Of a DNA stretch of 64,000 nt, positions 57,712 through 64,000 are shown one piece after another. Origin of the DNA: the human T2T-CHM13v2.0 reference genome, Homo sapiens. A program made the position numbers and the translations under genes. The notes beneath the pieces are model-generated. The model did not search any database. It had not been told where the DNA came from and was given only the letters and a program-made list of their open reading frames with translations. Position 1 is the stretch's first letter; each line of letters begins with the position of its first letter. The stretch lies in assembly GCF_009914755.1 (NCBI RefSeq), contig NC_060933.1. The stretch is one strand, 5' to 3'.

Positions 57712-58076
57712 AAGTATATGTAGTTTCTTTAGCTGTAAACAAAATTTCTACTTCTTGGTTGTTTTGAGGCTTAAAGAGATATGGATGTAAAATCTTCCAA
57801 GCACAATGTTTGGTGCATAAGAGCCACTCAATAAATACATGATGAATGAGTTAATATTACTATGCACATAGGGACATGTGCTCAAGCCACCCCTGACTTA
57901 CAAACCCTCAGTTGAGCTCAGTCCCTGCACATGAACACGATGACTGTAGGGATCCAGCCTCTTCCTTTGGCCTTTCCTATTGCTGCTGCCTACAGTCCTG
58001 GCCACCATGCAGCCATTCCATCTGGTTTCATGGAACTACTGGAATGTCAAGAACTACTGGAGGTGGGGCAGCTTAC

Positions 58077-58226
58077 CCCCATTTACTCAACTTGAGAGGG
58101 TGAGATCCCCTCTTCCTGCTGGGGCAACATTGGGAATGGATAATTTCCTGGCAATCTGACTTGCTCCTTGAAGTAAATTTTCCCAGGGAGCAATGTTTTA
58201 CATGGTAGTTGATATCTTGGAGCAGC
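58077..58226 (-). other. Candidate non-coding exon (150 nt)
   Basis: Minus strand CTGAC..ATTCTTTTGCAG| acceptor and GGG|GTAAGC donor; motif evidence only. Confidence 0.25.
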
Positions 58227-58242
58227 CTGCAAAAGAATCTTA

Positions 58243-58680
58243 CATGAGTCAGGGAGGAAACACATGACACACTCAAACTGAATAATTTAAGAGAGTTTAA
58301 TAAAGGGATTGTTTCCAGAGATGTTGGCAGCATGTAGAGAAATCACAAGGGATGATGCAGTCACATGGAGAATGTCAATGGGAAACCTCAGGTGTCACGC
58401 TGGGCCTCAAGAGGCAATGACAGGAGTAGTTATCAAAACTTGGGGGAGACAGCTTTGTGGGTACGGCCACCAGCCAGACCATCTTCAGTGGAGAGACACA
58501 GTCAGCTTGTGCTAAGTGAGCAGGGAGCCAGGGAGTCAACATCCAAATCTCCATCTCCCTCCACCCATTGGGTGAACCCAACCAGAAGCCAGAGAACAAA
58601 GGGGCCAGTGAGTGCAGATCATTCAGATCAGCCTTTTGGGTGGAGCAGGATGAAAGAGGGCAGACTGGGGATCTGCAATC
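58243..58680 (-). mobile_element. LTR33-like ERVL LTR
   Basis: CCCATTGGGTGAACCCAACCAGAAGCCAGAG..TCAGCC..; GAGAGTTTAATAAAGGGA. Confidence 0.75.
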
Positions 58681-58711
58681 GTAAAATGGTTTTCTAAAAG
58701 GTCTTAGAATC

Positions 58712-59605
58712 TGTAAACCAAAAATAAAATTCTAAGTCCTCCAACTGACTTAATGGAACCCTGCTGTCAGCCAAGGGGACTCACTGAAACCTGAAAAACC
58801 AGTTGAGACCCTGATGGGAAGGGGGTGTCAGACATAGCTCATTATGGTCTCCACCCTTTGGAGTTCAGGCACAACTGACAAGCATTGACATTAAAACAAA
58901 GATCCTAAGACCGACAGAACAGACTCTTTGTAGCAGTAAGATACCAAATTCCAACCTGACTCTAGGATAGCATCACAGGATAGATAGCAGGGCCTTGAAA
59001 TAAATCAAAGTGTTTTAGCCCCAAATATATTTCTTTGACGTGTTTTTGTCAAAGAAATACGCAAAGCTGTCTCTTGTGGGGGAAATTTACATTCTATAGA
59101 GAATCCCCTTCCCTTTCCAGGTATTTTCTGATCCTAAAGAGATTGGCTGAGAGCCCAGCACCTGTTAAAAGTCTAAATAGGAAACATTTGCCATTGCTTC
59201 TAAGGGCAGCCACCTATGAGACTTTATCTACAAAATAAGAACTTTGGTCTCCACAACCCCTTATCTTAACCCAGACACTCCTTTCTATTGATTCCAAGTC
59301 TTTAGATATAACTTAACTCTTTCAACCAATTGCCAACCAAAAAAATATTTGAATCCACCTATAAAAACCCCTGGAAGCCCACCTCCCGCAACACTTTACA
59401 TTATCCCACCTTTCCAGAGCGAACCAACGTATATTCACATGTATTGACTGATGCCTTAGGTCTCACTAAAATGTATAAAACTGAGCTGTAGCCCAGCCAC
59501 CTTGGGCACATGCCCATAGGCCCTCTGGAGGATGTGCCATGAGTCACAATTCATAACCTTGGCAAAATAAACTTCTAAATTAATTGGGACATCTTTTGGT
59601 TTACA
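58712..59605 (+). mobile_element. MER4D-type ERV1 solo LTR
   Basis: TGTAAACCAAAAATAAAATTCTAAG ... GGCAAAATAAACTTCTAAAT..TTTTGGTTTACA; 4-bp TSD AATC/AACC. Confidence 0.9.
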
Positions 59606-59756
59606 AACCCAACCACCCTGTGTGATATTGTTTCTGAAGGAAAATGGATTCCAAGTTCTACTGTGTGCATTTTTGATGCACGTAGTCTCTCTCCCACTCA
59701 TGTGCATACATGTTCTGTGTGCACGCATACACATATATTTAAGGATACTTATGCAT

Positions 59757-59878
59757 ATAGGTTAGTGTAATTACAATAAGCATTTAATTTTGAGAGTGAA
59801 GGGGGTACTACTATTAATTATTCTGGTCAACAGGGAAACTGGCACCTTTCTGGGCAAACTGGGGCATATGACACTCTA
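59757..59878. mobile_element. MER94/MER81-like hAT-Blackjack MITE
   Basis: TTTTGAGAGTGAAGGGGG..CTATTAATTATT..GGGCAAACTGGGGCATATGACACTCTA. Confidence 0.55.
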
Positions 59879-60559
59879 GCTGAAATGCAGCAAGATGGAT
59901 TTCATAAGTGACAAATGAATCTTAATCTTGTTACTTGGTAATCATCTGTATTTAAGATACATGTCATACATGCATGACGAGCAGAGAATAGGTGTATCTG
60001 CAAGGTGCAATTTGAGAATATGCCAGTTAAAAGAAGAAAGGTCTCCTATCTCAAATAATCACCATGCTTGCCCTGCCCAACACCTCAAATGTCACTGTTA
60101 GCACGTTTTTCCTTTGCATTGAGGTATTTTCTCCCATATAAACATAGATGTCCCTAAGAAAGGTTTTGTATTAGGCTGCTTTTGCTATTGATACTGTACT
60201 GATCACAGATTTTTCAAGTTCTGGCCATCCTGAAGATGGCGTCCTGTGGGAAGAGGATACATAGGAAGACCCTTCTGATGAGGAGAAATGGCTGAAAGGC
60301 CTTGGTTGCTGGCTAGGAAACAATCTTCCAGTCTGAGTATCTAGACTCTAAGCTACCTCTTTTGCCTTCTGGACCCTGGTGCAGACCCAGCCCCACATCT
60401 CTCTCTATCTGATTTATCATCACAAACCTTCTTTTAGAGCCAAGCAAAGCTGCATTTTATTAGTTGTCAGCTGTATCCTATGGGTGATACTCAAGGTAAT
60501 TTCAAACAGAATTCAGATATGAAATTAAAGTACATGGAATCCCAGACTAAAATAGTTAT

Positions 60560-60810
60560 TCCTGTAACAGACTTTACTAATTGCCTGGTGAGCCTCAACT
60601 TATTTAGGTAAACACCTCCTTATCAGAGGAAGTGACTCTATGTCCAGCTCAGGAGTAAATCTAGGTTGGTCTAAAGCATCATGATAATTTCATTCTCTTG
60701 TATTGGCTTACAAAAGACTATGAGACAAGTTCTAGCCAATGAGACATGAGAGGAAGTGCCCTGCAAGCTTCTGAAAGGGGTTTTTAATTTCATAAGCCTG
60801 CTTCTTCTTC
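60560..60810 (+). mobile_element. MLT1J/I-like LTR fragment
   Basis: GTTCTAGCCAATGAGACATGAGAGGAAGT..GCTTCTGAAAGGGGTTT. Confidence 0.55.
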
Positions 60811-61099
60811 AGTCAAATGGAGATGACGGTTTTGCTCAACCAAAATTATCTCCTGCCTCAGCCTCTGGGAAAACTTTCATGACACAATTTTGTACTTTTT
60901 ATAATGAGTGATGGTGTACTGCTGGGCCCCTCTTCCCAGACCTTTTAGTTTTCCTTTATCCCTCTTCAACCATTAAACTTTTCCTCATCACAAGCTTCAC
61001 AGATTTATGTTACAAACACAAGCAAGTCTTTGCTATCCTAAGACAAAACCTGTGACCCTACCACGTCACCAAGCCACTCTGCTTGATCCTTCCCGGCAC

Positions 61100-61702
<603 letters not shown>

Positions 61703-62059
61703 CAATAGGCTTTGGGCACTGGTCCAAGAAACACACTGTCCCATGGGAAAACTCATTCTTCTTACACTTTCTTTCCTCCCTTCACTTCCATGTCATCATT
61801 CTCATTTGGGTGTTTTCCTCTGGCTCCTCCCTCCAGTCACTCACTGGCTCAGGTTCTTCCACGTACACCTCAACCTTGGCATTTCCCAGGTCTCTGCCCT
61901 CTGCCATTTCTCTCCAGCCTGTCTTTGGGGTTCTCATCTACCTGTGGTTTCCACCTTAGGTTCCACAGTCAGATCTGTCAGATGCTCTCTTCTTCACTTC
62001 TGCCAGGGGGTGCAGAGAAACCTCAAACATAAGAGGTCCTCGGTTAGACGTGATCTCTG

Positions 62060-62970
62060 TGTTCTGTCCTGTTCTCCATCTCAGACAGTGACTCTGCCAT
62101 TCATCCAGTCATCCATGCTGAAGCCATCGGAGTCACCCAAGAGCCTCTTTCCATAGCTCCCCTGTGGTATCCTCCTAGTTCCTGTCCCTTCCGCTCCTAG
62201 AGTCTCTGCTCCTATCCATCCCTCTCAGTGTCTCCCCTCTCACTCCCTCAGTGGGAGCCCTTCTCTTTCATACAGCCTGCTTTTCAGACTCCTAAGTGGC
62301 TCCTGCTCTTGTCCATTCTCCAAATGGCCACCACTATGTCTTTCAAAAATAAATTGGATGGTGTTTCCTACTTTAAAATCTCAGATGCCTTCTTATTGCT
62401 GATGGAAGTCTCACCACCTCAGCATGGCACACACAGTTGACTTGGGCTACTTTTTCAGATTTGTTACCACCACCCTCTTTTATTCATCAAAAATGCTAGC
62501 CATAAAGAAGTCCTAGTTGTCCCTTGAACATATGGTGCATTACTTCATGGGGGAACCTTTAAATGGGTAAATCATTTCAGGAATGTTCTTCCCAAGCGTC
62601 TCATCCTGCTTAATTTTCAAGGTCAGATTTAAAGTGCTCTGGACTCCACAGGTGATGGGATAAAATATAGATGTTAAGAACTAGGGATTCTTAGTTAAAA
62701 TTCTGCCAAACTTGATTCCCATTTGGGTAATGGCTTTGCCGCCATGTCCTCGATGGCTGGTCCAGTCCTGGTCTGGAGGAAGGGCTCAGCAACTTCTAGC
62801 TAAGTAAATGCAGTGTTATTTCCCTAGGCATCACTGATCTCCCTAGCTGCCTGCATCTGAGCCTCCTGCACCATCACACATCCCCTCAGTGGGCACTACT
62901 CTTATTTGTGATGTTTCCCCTACTGAGCTATGACCTCTGAAGATCAGGGACCACAGTCATTCATCCTACA
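62060..62970 (+). mobile_element. L2 fragments
   Basis: CCATTCATCCAGTCATCCATGC..TCCATTCTCCAAATGGCCACCA..TCTTTCAAAAATAAATTGGATGGTGT. Confidence 0.55.
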
Positions 62971-63158
62971 AACTGGTATTAGCTCTACTCAGTGCTAGGC
63001 GCTGTCCTAGGGGATTAGGTTTTAGCAAGGCACAAAACTGACCAAGGTCTCTGCCCTTAGATAGCTTACATTTTAGCACTGGCAGACTCAGGAGCATATT
63101 CAGTGAATAAATTGTGTGATATTAGAAAACAGTGCTAGTAAAAACATAGTACAGCAGA

Positions 63159-63325
63159 GCTAGGAGTCATGGCTCATGCCCAAATTCCCAGCTACTCCGG
63201 AGGCAGAGGCAGGAGGATACCTTGGACCCAGGAGTTGGAGGCTGCGGTAAGCTGTGATCACACCACTGCACTCCAACCTGGGGGACAGAATGAGACTCTG
63301 TCTTCTTAAAAAAACAAAAAACAAA
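63159..63325 (+). mobile_element. FRAM/FAM Alu monomer
   Basis: Single monomer; TSD-like AAAACATAGTACAGCAG / AAAACAAAGTAGAGCAG. Confidence 0.85.
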
Positions 63326-63545
63326 GTAGAGCAGGAGAGGAAATTGGGGGTTGCAAAGGTTGGACTGTCAGGATACATTTCAGAGGGAAGACACAGAGTA
63401 AAATTTGAAGGCAGCTGGGCATCATTCATTAAAATTCTGCTGAAATGTAGTCTCTATTTGGATAATATCAACCAAGGATTTGCCAAGGAGCTCTCTGAAC
63501 AGAGAACATTCCAGATAGAGGGGACAGTTGAAGAAAGGCCCCATA

Positions 63546-63863
63546 AGGGACACGGATGAAGCTGGAAACCATCATTCTCAGCAAACTATCGCAAGGACAA
63601 AAAACCAGACACCTCATTTTCTCACTCATAGGTGGGAATTGAAACGTGAGAACACATGGACACAGGAAGGGGAACATCACACTGGGGCCTGTTGTGGGGT
63701 GGGGGGATGGGGGAGGGATAGCATTTGGAGATATACCTAATGTTAAATGACGAGTTACTGGGTGCAGCACACCAACATGGCGCATGTATACATATGTAAT
63801 TATCCTGCACGTTGTGCACATGTACCCTAAAACCTAAAGTATAATAAAAAAAAGAAAAGAATA
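63546..63863 (+). mobile_element. 5'-truncated L1PA (PA4/5-like) 3' end
   Basis: GGATGAAGCTGGAAACCATCATTCTCAGCAAACT..G-rich 3'UTR..GTACCCTAAAACCTAAAGTATAATAAAAAA; TSD AAAGGCCCCA (63534-63543, 63864-63873). Confidence 0.95.
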
Positions 63864-64000
63864 AAAGGCCCCAAGGCCGACCTGTGCCTGGAACTTCTGG
63901 GAACACAGAGGAAGCTGAGCCTCTGGTGTAGAGCAAGTGAGTAAGGGGCGGGAGGTAAAGAGGGGAGTCAGGGAGGTGAGGAGCATGGGGCCTTGGGCAG

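Noticed and set aside
63468-63936. ORFs near the window end
   Set aside because: Derived from the L1PA ORF2 tail and 3' UTR.

Overview
Primate (human-like, catarrhine because AluY is present) non-coding genomic DNA: AT-rich, CpG-depleted, with no CpG island and no supportable protein-coding exon. The ORF track is repeat-derived or chance. Much of the window is interspersed repeats: many Alus (several with clear TSDs), old and young L1 pieces, L2/MIR, solo LTRs (MER51, MER4D, THE1, MLT1, MLT2, LTR33) and DNA transposons (Tigger3, MER58, MER5A, MER20, MADE1). Repeat family names come from my recall of consensus sequences, not a database search, so subfamilies and many boundaries are approximate. 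Best observations: (1) a ~215-bp, ~88% identical inverted repeat at 30333-31202 that I cannot assign to a repeat family; (2) a tailless U2 snRNA(1-38) retrocopy directly upstream of an L1PB 3' fragment with three copies of the target site (23189-23482); (3) two inverted LTR33-like ends 3 kb apart sharing an exact 22-bp AP-1-containing terminus; (4) several well-formed minus-strand splice-site pairs suggesting a possible LTR-associated spliced lncRNA. I cannot name the locus, and I see no convincing new protein-coding system.
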